The notes under the pieces were generated by a model. The model was not told the origin of the DNA. It saw nothing but the letters and a program-made list of their open reading frames with translations, and did no database searches. From NCBI GenBank assembly GCA_030704615.1, contig CM060732.1, forward strand, positions 33,170,001 through 33,234,000: a DNA stretch of 64,000 nt, read 5' to 3'. Numbering within the stretch: position 1 is the stretch's first letter; each line of letters opens with the position of its first letter. The position numbers were made by a program, and so were the translations under genes. This document shows positions 25,086 to 37,660 of the stretch, piece by piece. The DNA comes from Takakia lepidozioides (lineage: Eukaryota > Plantae > Bryophyta).

Positions 25086-27535
25086 GCGTCTATTTTGCAG
25101 CTTCATTCCCTAAATTTTACCTTGTTCCCGGGACCTCATTCTGTGTGTGTTTCTTGAATGCAGGTACTGCAAGTGTCTCCATTTCCCTTGGAGAAAGGTC
25201 ATCTGTCCTTCGAGCGCCATTCTTCCTCGCATGGAGGAACCCTGGGGTTGACTCCATGCACACTGACGTTCGAGAAGGAGTGGCATCTAGAACATTTGCG
25301 CGACTGCCCTTGGTATGTGGACCTTTCCGCCCGGCTCACTCGACTCATCCGAGTTTCAATTGAAGTTGGATGCGGAGGCCCGACGAACCGGGCTCCGCTG
25401 CCTCCCCGCTGAGTCCGAGAGGCCAAAGAAGCGAAAGCGCTTGCCAAGTCCAGGAAAGCGGCAGAGCTTGCTCAGGCAGGTATTCAGGAGAAATTGAATG
25501 AGAAGAATAAAGATCAAATGAAAAGGACACGAAAACAGGGGAGTACAGTAACCCCCAAAAAACAGAGAAACCACGACCAGGCACCACAGAGGAGGCGCAG
25601 GAGGGGCCCCCAAGGGAGTGACTCCGACAACGACTTTGTGCAAGGTCCTGCGACTATGCTCTGCTGGTACCATGTCCCGGTCATCCGGTTCCAAGTCAGT
25701 CGGACTGGGACTGGCCTGTGCAAGAAGTTGGCATTTGAGGGCGAGCCTATATGGCGGTATTGGCGGGCCGTGACGTTTTCCGCAGAGGCCAAAGCTAGAA
25801 CCCCCAACCATCATCCAAGTGTCAATGAGAGCTTCCTTGACGCTCTGGCTGCCAGGGCGAAGAGGTGGCAACAAAGCAAGTCAGAAGTGACAAGGGGAAA
25901 GCCAAGAAGAGTCTGTACAGAAGCCTAAAGACACCCCTGGAATCCAGGGCTCCCCGTACAAGCCGTAGCACTACACAGGACATGAACCTGTGGATTGGGG
26001 GGGGGGTGATCGAAGAAGAGCACCGAATGGCCCCCTTATTCAGATGGGGGTGGGGAGGCCTGGATGGTGTGAGGCGAATTCACATACTGAGGGGTGAGGG
26101 GGACGCGGGGGGGGGGCTGGTGGGATCGGAGAGGGGTGTGTAGGCTGTGACGTACGATGGTCCTGTAGGCCAAAGTGTGACAATAACCACAAAGTTGAAC
26201 AATCCCGATAACCCTGAAAGATGAACGCGCACGCGACCCTCAGCTCGACTAGATACGTTAGGCATCTGCCATTGCGAACAGAGGGGGAAGAGAATTAAAT
26301 CAAGAAACCACTGGTGATTGCGGAGCCAAACGAAAACAAAACGACAGACTGCAGCTTAGAGATCACCGCATTGGTAGACTCCTTCTGCACCGACGGGGGC
26401 GAGACTAGACGATTGGGCTACACGTCCCCCAGTAAAAGAGGGCCGTGTGAAATAGGAGGGTGGGTACAGCGTGGACGGATGAGCCTACGGAATAAGATCA
26501 CAAAACGAGTTTTACCTCCGCCCTGCTTTCATCCAAACCCTCATGGAGACGTGCTCGGATGTCCAAAGGCAGATTCTTGACCTCACATGCGGCACGGGTA
26601 AGCCTTCACGTGCACAGTTTGTCCCCTGGCCCGATTGCAATTGCATGCCGCATGCTACTAACTGCCCGCTTTGTCCATCAGGTGCTTCAATGTGGGCAGG
26701 GACGTTGTCCGACAGGCATGTCTTCGCCTTCGAGCCAGATACTGCTCTCCACAACTCCAAACTTGCAGCGGCTGAACGTCTACCGAAAGAGGAAGAGGCA
26801 TCCTCGGAGGATGAGGCATCCTCGGAGGATGAGGAATAATCCAACAAGGAGCAGGGGGAGGTACAAGTTGGGATTGAGGCCAAAGCACCCCCGGTTTACA
26901 AGTGAGTGGTCGCATTGTAAGTTGCCTCATGATTTACAAGTGAGTGGTCGCATGTAAGTTGCCTTCATGATTTCGTGAGGCACCTCCCTTCGCTTTCTTA
27001 CTTCATTGAAAGACCCTTTGTGCTTCTGCTGGTATTGACATTCTTGAAGTGGATTTGTTTTTAATGTAGGATGCGGGGGCTGCTATTTCATGAGCCATGA
27101 GCCATGAGCGGCATGAGCCATGAGCAGAGTCGTAAGTGTGGAAAAAAACATGAGCAGCCTATTTTCCGGAAATGAGTGTCCGCGGGAATAGGGTTTAGGG
27201 TGCCACGGTCATAGGGGGAGAAGGACCTCCCGATGAAGGAGGTTCGGCAATGTTATTTAGAATTATATATTGAAAGGCAATGTTTCGCGAATGGTAGGGT
27301 GGTACTGCTCTGTACAATGGGGGCCCATTTCAGCCTACCAGCCATTTGCAAAATTCACCCACACTCCCAATCCCAAACGAAATGAGCAATGACGCATTCT
27401 CGGAACAATGGACACAGAATAGAATAAAAAGAGGGCACAATGAGGTTTTTATTGATCCACATGAATTGCATTTGAAGCACGTCTACTGTGCTGATTGTGC
27501 CTCAAATCTTGAGCCCTGTGCCTACTGAATACAAG

Positions 27536-28210
27536 TCACGTTGTCAATGGGACTTCGACTGCTCTCAGAACTAGCTCATGAGTCCTGGGGCTCCTCCATG
27601 TAAAGTCGATTGCAGCCGTTGTACCGCCCCTAGTGATGTTCACCACAATGTCCTGCCCTTCAATCATACCACCATCGAATATGGAAATCTTCACGTTTTC
27701 GTCGTCCACACCAATGCGAATGTCCCCATACAATGGAGAAGAGGAGCGCACTCCTCGAGGAGAATAGGTCTCTCCGATGGAGTCCACCCACGTCCAGTGG
27801 CAGCAGTTCCACCGCAACAGCATAGCAGTGCGCCTTCTTCTGCATGGGTGACCGTCGTAGCTGGGAAAATCGGAATCGAGGATGCGCAGGAGCCACGGAC
27901 TCCTCAAACCAAGATCGTCACCCCGCTCGAAGGCGTAGTGGCCTACGATATACTCAAAAGCCACCAATGTTTCCACAATCGAACCAGTATCTTCTGTGTA
28001 ATCTGTGTACCAGATAACAATGTCTCCCGATGTGGCCGAATACATTGCATAATCGATGCCTCCAAAGGGGCAGTCGTCCCGGTTCCGGAAGCACGGCATC
28101 CTTGCAAAGGAGGACCTGAGGACGACTTGGATGCCGATGACCTTGCGGACAGCTACGAAGCCCTTAGATTTTGGAAAAGATACGAAGCGGAAGAGCAGTC
28201 CGGCCTCCAA
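27536..28210 (-). CDS. Cargo ORF3, 224 aa, unknown function (start uncertain)
   Basis: Open frame with protein-level conservation to the diverged homolog at 18218-18790, which supports it being coding. Confidence 0.7.
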   Translation of the reverse strand: MEAGLLFRFVSFPKSKGFVAVRKVIGIQVVLRSSFARMPCFRNRDDCPFGGIDYAMYSATSGDIVIWYTDYTEDTGSIVETLVAFEYIVGHYAFERGDDLGLRSPWLLRILDSDFPSYDGHPCRRRRTAMLLRWNCCHWTWVDSIGETYSPRGVRSSSPLYGDIRIGVDDENVKISIFDGGMIEGQDIVVNITRGGTTAAIDFTWRSPRTHELVLRAVEVPLTT

Positions 28211-28339
28211 AATGGAGCATCTGGGTCACACGTACCCACCGACGGAGGTGGAACGTGTTCATCACGCCAGCGGTGGATGAACCCATACATCTTTCTCATC
28301 AACAAGTATAGTTTGAGATCTGCCACCGAAGTCCATCCC

Positions 28340-29480
28340 CCGATGGAAATTCGGCGCCGCATTTACATCGAAGAGGGGATGGACTTCGCGTGTCCAGTGG
28401 CTATCGGCCACTTTGGCAGGTGACTGTGCCCCTGGAATGTACCTCACTTCTGTATGACTGTGTTTCATTGTGTTGAATAACTCTCGGATTTGGCCCACTG
28501 TTTACAATTTGATGTCTCATTTCTACAATTTGTCTGTCTGGTTGAATAAAGCAGAGTAACCGGTATGTGAGTCATGTGTCAAGAATATACCAGAGTAACG
28601 CCATGTCGGACATTGAAATGCGGCACCGCATTTCCATGTCGGATCGAAATGCGGCGCCGCATTTCCATGTCGGATCGAAATGCGGTGCCGCATTTCCATG
28701 TCCGCATCGAAATGCGGCACAGCATTTCCATGTCGGACATCGAAATGCGCACCGCATTTCCATGTCGGACATCGAAATTCGGCACCGCATTTCCATTGGG
28801 ACAAGAAAAATGCGGTGCATCATTTCCGTCCAGGTACACCGAATACCAACACGGGTCTATAAATTGATCAGAAAACGAGTTGGCATGCAAATGTGGCGAC
28901 GCATTTCCAGCTTGGCAATGGAAACTTCTTTTGGACAAGGGAATGCGGGTGCCGCATTTCCGTCCAACACTTCGAAAAGTGCACCTATTTCCGACTTGCG
29001 CGATGGAATGCTTACCGCATTTCCGAGAGAGGGTCTGCAAATTGACAAATTGCGATGTCCGTTCTGGAAATGCGGGCCGCCGCATTTCCATGTCCGTCAT
29101 CGACTTTTTTTTTACAATGGAATGCGGTGCCAGTTTTTGCTGATGGGTCTGCAGTTCGAACAACCACCATCCCCAATATGGAAATGGCGGCACCGCATCG
29201 CATTTCCAATCCCGCCATGCGGCCTCCTTGTTCGACCTCCTTGTTCGACCTCTGTAAGGTTGGTGGCATATCCATGCAATGAGCGGGAGAGGCCAAAAAA
29301 CTGGCGTGTGGACAAAGGAGGAAAATTTGAAATGCGGCACCGCATTCCCAATTAAGATTACTTTTTACTATGCCAACATTGAAATGGAAAAAAAATTAGT
29401 CCCTCCCCTGTTTGGAAATGCGGTGCTTTGGTTGCCGCCATTTCCAAAAGAGTAGAGGTTATTAGAGTTGCAAAATTTTG
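28340..29480. repeat. A-type palindrome cluster; tandem 31-33 bp units at 28605-28800
   Basis: CATGTCGGA(CA)TCGAAATGCGGCACCGCATTTC repeated about 6 times, then degenerate sites. Confidence 0.9.
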
Positions 29481-29662
29481 GAAATGCCCTGACCCATTTC
29501 TGATTTGGGGAGGTCCTGGTTTGGGCGATTGTGTGGCTGTTGGAATGCACACGGGAGAGGGGTCACGAATGTCGGGCAGAATTTCTTTATATACTCTGGA
29601 AGAGAATTTACATTTACAGAGACCTTTATATACTCTGGAAGAGAATTTACATTTACAGAGAC

Positions 29663-32600
29663 TCATCCTGTTCTAGACTGTCCTGTGTCCTCCTCCACCC
29701 CCTCAGTGCTCTCTCATCTCCAGCGGACTGCTCGTTGGCCAGGCTTTCGAAAATCCCATCTTCCCCTTGCGGAACTGTCCATCTCACCTCCGTTGGGTCG
29801 TCTTCCTCCCTGTCTGCGTCGCTCTCATCCGCTGGATCACATATGTACTTTCGTAACGTCTACCTGTCTGAGATGACTGCTGCCAACTCTTTCCTTATCC
29901 TTCTGTCCTCCCTAGCCCTCTCCAAAATCTGCTCTACTTTATGGGATTCTCACTTCTTCTAATCGCTGGGTTTGCGGTTAGCTGCATAACTAGGAAGGGA
30001 GTAGTAAGTCCCCTACCGGGCTCGTCATGAAGCGTCGCCCTCGCAAGAAGAAGGGACAATTCTTCCTGGCAGGAAGTGTAGGCCCTACATGTTTCGACCG
30101 GACCCTGCAATCCTGCACATGACAATCATCAACGAGACTAATGAGAGACCCACAGTCGTGTGAAAATTACTGCTTCGTGTGAAAATTACTGCTAGGCTTT
30201 GCAAACTTACAATGTTTGCACTCACTCGTATTCCGGGTTCTCCTCTGCATCAATGTCCACTGTGTCTTCCTCGGACTCCGACGAATCCGAGGAGACTTCC
30301 GCTCTGTCGGGAGCCTTCACATTCCGTTGCAGCCCCTCCAGATGGGATCCCAACACGGATGAATCCTCCTCGTAGGCAAAGAGGTGCCGGTCGGAAAAAC
30401 CGCCCAGCCACATTTGAGGCACCTGTTACAATGCCATCCCACATTACCACATGGCGCTTCAGATGTTGCGAACTACATCCTAACGAGAAATTTTGCAGAA
30501 CAGCAGAGATCAAGATTCTGCATACCTGTCCCACAGATGAGGTCCAGCACTGTGCCCTCCACGTCTGTGCATGTCTCCATAATTGTCTGAATGAAGGCAG
30601 GGCTTCCGAGTCCGTGAGTACCCGCAGGGGTTCCGTTGAAGTGAGGCTATGAGGGAGAAGTTCCTGGGAACGTTGTTGAACAGAACGTCGTAATCGAGTG
30701 GGTCGCAGTTCGGGTCAACCTTTCCTCCCTCCTTCCGGAAAGCAAAGGTGGAGTTTTCCTTCACAAAGCAGTATGCATCGAACTGCTTTGTCTGCATACA
30801 CAAGGGGAAAAACGATTAGAAACCGAATGCGGCACCGCATTTGAAAGCACCCAAGCAAATGAATGGACGAGTGCCAGTGTCGTAATCACCTTCTCCCTTC
30901 CGACCGAAGGCCCAGTGTGTTGATGCACGTCCACTTCTTTTCAGAATCGGGACGGCGCTCTTGCGGGTTCCACTTCGCAATTCCTGTCTGAGTGTTTTTT
31001 CCTCTGCTCGCCAGGACAACCACACAGCCTCTGTCGTCCAACACCATGCGGGCAAGCCCGAATCCTTTCTTCCAAAAGTCCTCCGAGTACCTGTTCCAAG
31101 ATGGCAAAGCTTGCAGTCCTTCCACAGGCTCTCCGTCCGGAATATCCAAGATGATCATATCGCAAGACCACTCGGTGGCATTTCCGCCCCTCCTACAATC
31201 CTTGTCTGCACACACCCTTCAAAGAACGAGACCATATTCTGAAATCCTGGGTGTCGGAAGGCTCTTCGGCAGTCGCCTTCTTTCAGTGCTCTGCCCTTCA
31301 GACCCTCCATGGTCTTCATGTTTGCCAACTTGGCTGCCCGTCCATCCAAAGCCGCCAAGAAACTCTCATTTTACACACTGGACTACAGTTTTTGGGAGCC
31401 ACTTTCGGCCTCTTCATTTCCACCGGCTCGAAAGGGTGCCCCCTGGGGGGTTGAGAGTGCCTTCTTTGCCGAGCCAGTTCTCGTGCCTCTGGTGACAACG
31501 GTGGGCACAGGGAGGCAGCCTGCGTTCGGCGGGGGTGTGGGCTGGTTGCAAAGTCTCCATCGGAGTCCTCTTCCCACCCTCTTCCTGAACAGGCTGTTTT
31601 TTGCTTCTTCGTTTTGGTCGGCGTGTCCACAACAGCTGCTCCTTGCTGGCGAGTCCTTTCTTCGACCCCTTCTGTTGGCCTGCACAGCTGCATCCACCGT
31701 CCTTTTGTGCCATCTTCAGCTGCCTCCTGGATTCTTCCAGAGCAGCAGATTCCTTTGCCGACTTTGGCCCAGCAGGGCCACACGTCTTTCCTTTCTTCTT
31801 CTCTTCTGGCCTTTCTGGCGGCGCAGATTCTTCTCAGACTCGACGAACAATAACGCCAGACATGTCCAGGTACCACGGGCATCCAACGAGATGCGCGGGA
31901 TGCCATTGTTTCTGCATCTCGGGTGTGTAGACACAGCTTGGGCCCGCCACTGGTCCAAGCCATGAAGAACGGGGGCTCTGAGCCATGGCCCCTGTCTGAA
32001 GGGAGCACGTATTTCATATATACCTGCAAGGCATCAGCATGCGGTGAGCAAAACTTGAAGACCAACCTCCACTGGCAGAGTGCCACCGAAAACATAAATA
32101 TGCGAATGCGGTGCCGCATTTCCGAGACAAACCTCGTAACCAGGCTTCGCATACAAGGGCAGCTGTGCTTCACCTGTAAACATTCATCAATCGCATTCGC
32201 ATTGCAGCTTTCCCCGCTCCCTCCTGATGTGTAAACTCCACGCTCCTTCTTGCTGTCTGTAGCTCTCTGGCGAAAAGGTTGTCCTTGTACGCACATCTGA
32301 AACGTGTCACGTAGTCTTCCAATGTCTGTGTTCCATCCCATTTGACGTACAAGCCGAACGAATTTGTGTGCATTACGACTTGCTCCTTCGCATTCGACAT
32401 TACCTGCCATTCCCAAATGCATTGTCACGTAGCAGTTCAGGGAATTCATGTCAGAAAAGCAAATCTGGGGAAGTACCTTGAATTACCTGGAACCACCAAG
32501 TCATACGGTTGAGCCACACATCCACTGCAGGGTCGGAAACTTCCAGTGGAAAAGACCACATTGTCCTTATGCTCTCGGATGCATTCCAGATCGACAGCCA

Positions 32601-35300
32601 CCGTGTCTGCCATTTCCGATCCAATGTCAGTGGCTGGAAGAGAGTGGCTATTGCTAGGAAGGAAATTCAGTGCATTGAAACCTCACCTTCTCTTTCGCCT
32701 CCACACATGCCGTTGAGAGGTGATGCAGTTTCTCCAATTGCATGGTCGGCTGCATGGCCCGAGAATAGTGTTTTGCAATCTCGGGGATGAAGTCCTTTCC
32801 AAGTGTCGGAATTGCCACCAGCTTCACAAGCTTTGCTTGTATTTGGTTCTGGACTTGACACCGGCTCCTTCCCTTCAAGTGCTCAGTCAATGACTGCAAC
32901 GTTTTCACCTGCCCCTCACTTTTTCCATGAAGAAGCGTTTGGCATGGGCCAAATCCAGCTTGATGTTTGACTGCCAAACAAACATGCAGAAGCGTTACAT
33001 CGATTCATGTGGAAACATTACTGGAAATTGGGGAAGGATGAGCAGAGGAAATTGGAGCACGACTTACTTCGTATAATCACCTCCACCATTCCATCCATAG
33101 TGAACGATACCATGTCCGGTCTGTTTTTTCAACGGCTTTCTGAATGAGCTCCGGCTCCAGCATTTCCGCAAACATCTGCGGATCAGTAAGACCAGTTTTC
33201 CTCACACCCTGTACCGCATAATGTGCCCTGTGGGTATGCAACGTACCATTCTCAGTGACCCCTGCAAGGCACACTCTCTCAGTTAGTAACCGGAAGCACG
33301 GAATCAAACCAGAATGGAAAACCGAAATGCGGCACCGCATTTCGAATGTGCTAGGGAGGGTATGAGTATCTTACGAGTTGAGGTCCGCCATGGCATTCTT
33401 GAGGAGGGAGGAGTCTGCCGCCTTCACCTTGAGGAACACACTCCACCATGTAATGCCAGCCAATGTGCTTGGCATGGTTCTGCTTGATGTACTCCCCAGC
33501 AGGCGAGAAGTCGGTGATTCCCGTCCCACACAAAGAACATTTTCCCGACATATGGCCGAAGTCGGGATCACCCTTCAGCGTCGCCGTCGAATTCGTGGTT
33601 GCGAGTGTGCCAGTGGGTATCCCACGTTGACAATTCATCGGCAGTGGGTCCACGGGTTTCGCCGTCCTCATTCTCTATGGAAACGTAAAACGCTGCCGAT
33701 CCCAGACGGTACCCTCTCGAAATGCGAACTTGAGCTTATCCACATCTCCGGGAGGGCCTGCCTGACGATGGGAAGGAGACCATGCGACAGAGTGGGATTC
33801 GAAGAGTCCGCTGGAATAATACCCTCTGGCCTCAGAACTCTGCCAATGCTACTGTGTGTCTCCTCCAACCATTTTATCCGCCGCTCACTTTTGAAATCCT
33901 CCGGAGACATGTCTGTAGGTGTTCGGTAGTGGCTGAGCAGGTGGAGCATCCTTAACTGGAGCTGCACCTGGGGCCTGTGTGGGCGGCAATTCTGCACTGC
34001 AGAGGCCTCCTCCGGCCTGCTAGCTCAATCGGTGGTGAGGTCTGCTGCGAACGTTCAGCGGCAGCACCCTCCTCCGGTACCAAATCGAGATCAACGGTCA
34101 ATCCCATTCCTTCGCTGCAGCAGAGTCGGCCCCCACCTCTGCAGGCGGGAAATCCTCCAGGAACTGAGCTTCAGCTCGTGGAAGCGGTTTGCGGGAGATT
34201 GTTCGGCCGTCGCCCTGATTGCCTCTGCTTCCTCATCCTTGCAGGTGAAGGTGTCTGCTGCAATTAGAATCTGTCTTCTACCCTGCTGCTTCATTCGCGT
34301 TGGGGGGGTGAATCGGCCTGAGCCGGTTCAGAAGCCAGTAGAGGGACGGGCTGCTTCTTCTTCTTCGACTTTGCTGGAGAAGGGCCCGACCCCTGCTGGC
34401 GATTTCTCCTGATCGAAGAAACGCGAGTCGATCTCTGAGACTTTGAACTTGCCCTTCGAAGACGCTCTTTTGAATGCAGAGGGCTAGGCCCGGCAGTTAC
34501 CCCGCTCATCCGGGATCGGGTGGGTGTACGTGCTGCAGCTAGCTCCCTCGGACTCTTCCTGCGGCTCTTTGGATTCCTGCGATCCTCCAGCACGTCCCAC
34601 CTTTCCTGTTAGCATCAACATGTTCTGCATTTCAAGTCTCCAGCATTCAGTCTAAGAATTACAGAAGCAATGGGGGTTCTGTGCTCGATCAGCTGCGCGC
34701 AGCTCGATCGCATGGAGCTCTCACTGTGGCTGGGTTGCCTGAGTGGCCTGCGGCTTGCAGACTTTGCTTGTCTTAGTACCCCTCACTTGAGCAGATACAT
34801 TCCGGCATCGCAAGAGAGATACTCTAGAGAGTCTTTTCAGTTTTGGCACAAAATAAATAATTAAAAATAACATTGTCCGAAGTTTTCATAAATTTCCCCT
34901 TACATGTTGAATTTTCAGATTCTTAATTTCAAAACATATCACACATTCCTTCATTGTGTTGATTTTTTTTAAATTCAGCAATGGCATGTCAATACTTTTT
35001 TCTAGTCAAATAAATATTTGGCACTCAAGTACCAGGCTCATCTGATAAGCTATATTCCTGAACGAAATGCATGTGCATATTACCAAGAATCTATTGTCAT
35101 GAATCGCATTGGGGGGGCATGACTGCTTATTACAAATGTAAACCCTGAAAAGCGATCGCGTCGGAGATGGGCAATCTCCTCCTCCTGTAAGACGCATCGC
35201 TTCCCCCTTCGGCATTGGCCTCCGTCCGAAGTATAATTTCCGAGCTTGCGACGAGGTCTCCTGTCTGGTGCACGAACTCCCCCCTCTCAGGTTCGAGCAT
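29663..35300 (-). pseudogene. ParB/Srx-like + DNA amino-methyltransferase-like cargo gene (A2 copy), many frameshifts (some possibly sequencing error)
   Basis: LEETHSSIGRVL, IVRQALP, GNHR region ~33510, CDMIILDIPDG at 31132-31146, YSRTRKP, DLCC..GAS..DRHLFAYEED. Exon pattern parallels the B copies. Both ends are approximate. Confidence 0.8.
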
Positions 35301-35644
35301 AAGAAGAACAGAGAGAGGGAAAGGGGCAAAGAGTGCAGATGGAAAGGGCGCGAGAGGGGTGACTGAGGAGACACGACAAAAGTAGATGAAACGGCGTGAT
35401 GCACCACTTGGGTTCGAAGGGTTGGACGAAAGTGTCTCCTCGTGGAGTTTGAGTCATTACGAAATTCGAATCGTTGAGGGTACGCCCGCCGTCCGAAAAT
35501 CAAACATCATTATCCAACGCAGTCCGCCGCCCGCCTCATGCCCCTTCAGTCAGATAGAGTGCCGACATGTACAGGCAATTCCGTGCTCCACGTGTTCACA
35601 TTCAAGGCATTCCGTCCCAGCGTCTGATGAGTTGGAGCGAGAAT

Positions 35645-37235
35645 GCGAATGCGGCGCCGCATTTCCGTTAAGTACCATCACGAAGCTACACATCCGTACT
35701 TGTTGGAAGAAAAGCGGCACCGCATTTCCGTTCCACCTTCACATACCTTAGTTGTTGAACGGAAATACGGTGCCGCATTTCGTCCCACAGCTCCATGTAT
35801 GAGATTCAGAAGGGAAATGCGGCGCCGCATTTCCGTTCCCACTTCACATACGTTAGTTGATGAATGGAATGCCGTGCCACATTTCCGTTCGGGAAAGTAT
35901 AGAGGTCTCACCTGGACAGAAATGCGGTGTCGCATTTCCGGTCTGAAAAGGTTGAAGGTCTCACATGGATGGAAATGCGGCAACACATTTCCGTAGAACA
36001 GCTCCAGGCCGAATATACAAAACGGAAATGCGGCGCCGCATTTCCGTTCGAGAATGTCGGAAGGTGCGACTCGAACGGAAATGCGGTGCCGCATTTCTGT
36101 ACCCGTTGCGCACGATTTTCAGTCAGAATGGAAATGCGGTACCGCATTTCCGTTCTGTAGAGTATTAACGTCGGACGCTTGGCGGAAATGCCTTCCCGCA
36201 TTTCGTTCCACAGCTCCATTCCTCACATACAAAACGGAAATGCGGTGCCGCATTTCCGTTTTTGGAATGTCGGATGGTGGGACTCCGACGGAAAATGCGG
36301 TACCGCATTTCAATTCCGATGTTTCAGGATATTTCATCAGAACGGAAATGCGGTGCCGCATTTCCCTTTTAAATCTAATACATTCCGTTCTGGAATGTTG
36401 GGAGGTGCGACTCGGATGGAAATGCGCTGCCGCATTTCAGTTCGATGGTTCACGATTTTCAGTCAGAACGGAAATGCGGTGCCGCATTTCCGTTCTGGAA
36501 TGATGGTAGGTGCGACTCGGATGGAAATACGGTGCCGCATTTCAGTTCAGATAGTTCACGATTTTCAGTCAGAACGGAAATGCGGTGCCGCATTCCGTTC
36601 TGGATAGTGTGAATGTCTCAACCTCTCGGAATTGCGCTGTATGAAGCTGTCGGAATCTTACTCGGCTCCAGGCATCAGATACAAAATGGAAATGCGGCGC
36701 CGCATTTCCTTATGGAATGTCGAAAAGTGCGACTTTGACGGAAATGCGGTGCCGCATTTCTGTCCCGTTGTTCATAATTCTCAATCAGAACGGAAATGCG
36801 GTACCGCATTTCGTTCCACCTTCACATACCGTGCTTTTGAATGAATATGCGGTACCGCATTTCCGTTCTCGAGAGTATGAATGTCTTTTAAGACGGAAAT
36901 GTGCTGCAGCATTCTATCCCTCAGCTCCATGCATCAGATACAAAATGGAAATGCGGCGCCGCATTCCCGTTCTGGAATGTCGAAAAGTGCGACTCGACGG
37001 AAATGCGGTGCCGCATTTCTGTTCCCGTTGTTCATAAATCTCAATCAGAACGGAAATGCGGTACCGCATTTCCGTTCCACCTTCACATACCGTGCTTGCT
37101 GGATGGAAATGCGTTACCGCATTTTCGTTCTGGAGAGTATAAAGGTTTCCCCGGACGGAAACTCGGTGCCGCATTTCCGTCGCTCTGTTGCATGACCAAG
37201 ATGCAATACGGAAATGCGCGCCGTATTTCCGTCCA
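35645..37235. repeat. A-type palindrome array (~53 bp period) between the divergent genes of A2
   Basis: Homologous to 1-1865 but with about one copy of the 424 bp unit. Confidence 0.9.
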
Positions 37236-37660
37236 CCAGCAATCGACAGAATCACTCGTGACGGGAAATCTGGAACCTCAATGGGTTGCATTGTTCCGAA
37301 AACAACACAATTCGGCCAGTCTTGATGAGCACAACTTGGTGTCTGACAGTTTTAACCAGCAGTCCTGGCACTTGTCAGTGCGAACGTTCCTGTCTGCACC
37401 GAGAATACTGCTGGATCCACCCTCAGGAGAAAACTGTCAGGAGATGTTATTTCGTCGCCGAATCGGCCATCATTGTCCTACTCACTGGCTATGGAATCAA
37501 ACCTCCCACCTTCATGCATGTAGCTTGAAACAATTACTTTCCACTTCAATGTGCGACTTCCAATTGTCGATGGACTCCGCAGATCCACTTAGATGGTGCC
37601 TGTGAGCCTTGGTCTGTCGCTATACTGAACCTCGCACTTGCCAACTCCGTGCGGTGTTCG

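Larger units (their letters stand above)
13404..27074 (-). mobile_element. MULE-like giant transposon, lineage B, copy B1 (reverse orientation; truncated at 27074 by the left end of A2)
   Basis: Starts GAGGTTAGCTATTTCATGAGC, the reverse complement of the B2 right end. Collinear with B2 (56618 down to ~43700). The last ~670 bp and the left TIR are missing. Confidence 0.9.
19989..27074 (+). pseudogene. ParB/Srx-like + beta-class DNA amino-methyltransferase-like cargo gene (B1 copy), multi-exon, interrupted by a CACTA element and truncated by A2
   Basis: LRIPLCRL..VVRPALPGDIDKLK..GY..FYV, then GKM|FYVWDDNHRLLAW across the CACTA insertion. C-terminal ILDLTCGTG|ASMWAG..RHVFAFEPD at 26570-26740. 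The start codon is inferred. Confidence 0.8.

Noticed and set aside
25900-26510. Foreign insertion in B1
   Set aside because: Retains collinear patches matching B2 (GACACCCCTGG, GGCCTGGATGGTGTG); better explained as garbled sequence.
27578-28423. 281 aa plus-strand ORF
   Set aside because: Antisense shadow of ORF3; only the minus-strand frame is conserved in the B1 homolog.
29578-29662. 39 bp tandem duplication downstream of the A2 cargo gene
   Set aside because: Simple local slippage duplication with no evidence of function.
31316-32449. 377 aa minus-strand ORF as an independent gene
   Set aside because: A frame-hopping read-through of exons and introns of the frameshifted A2 ParB-MTase gene.
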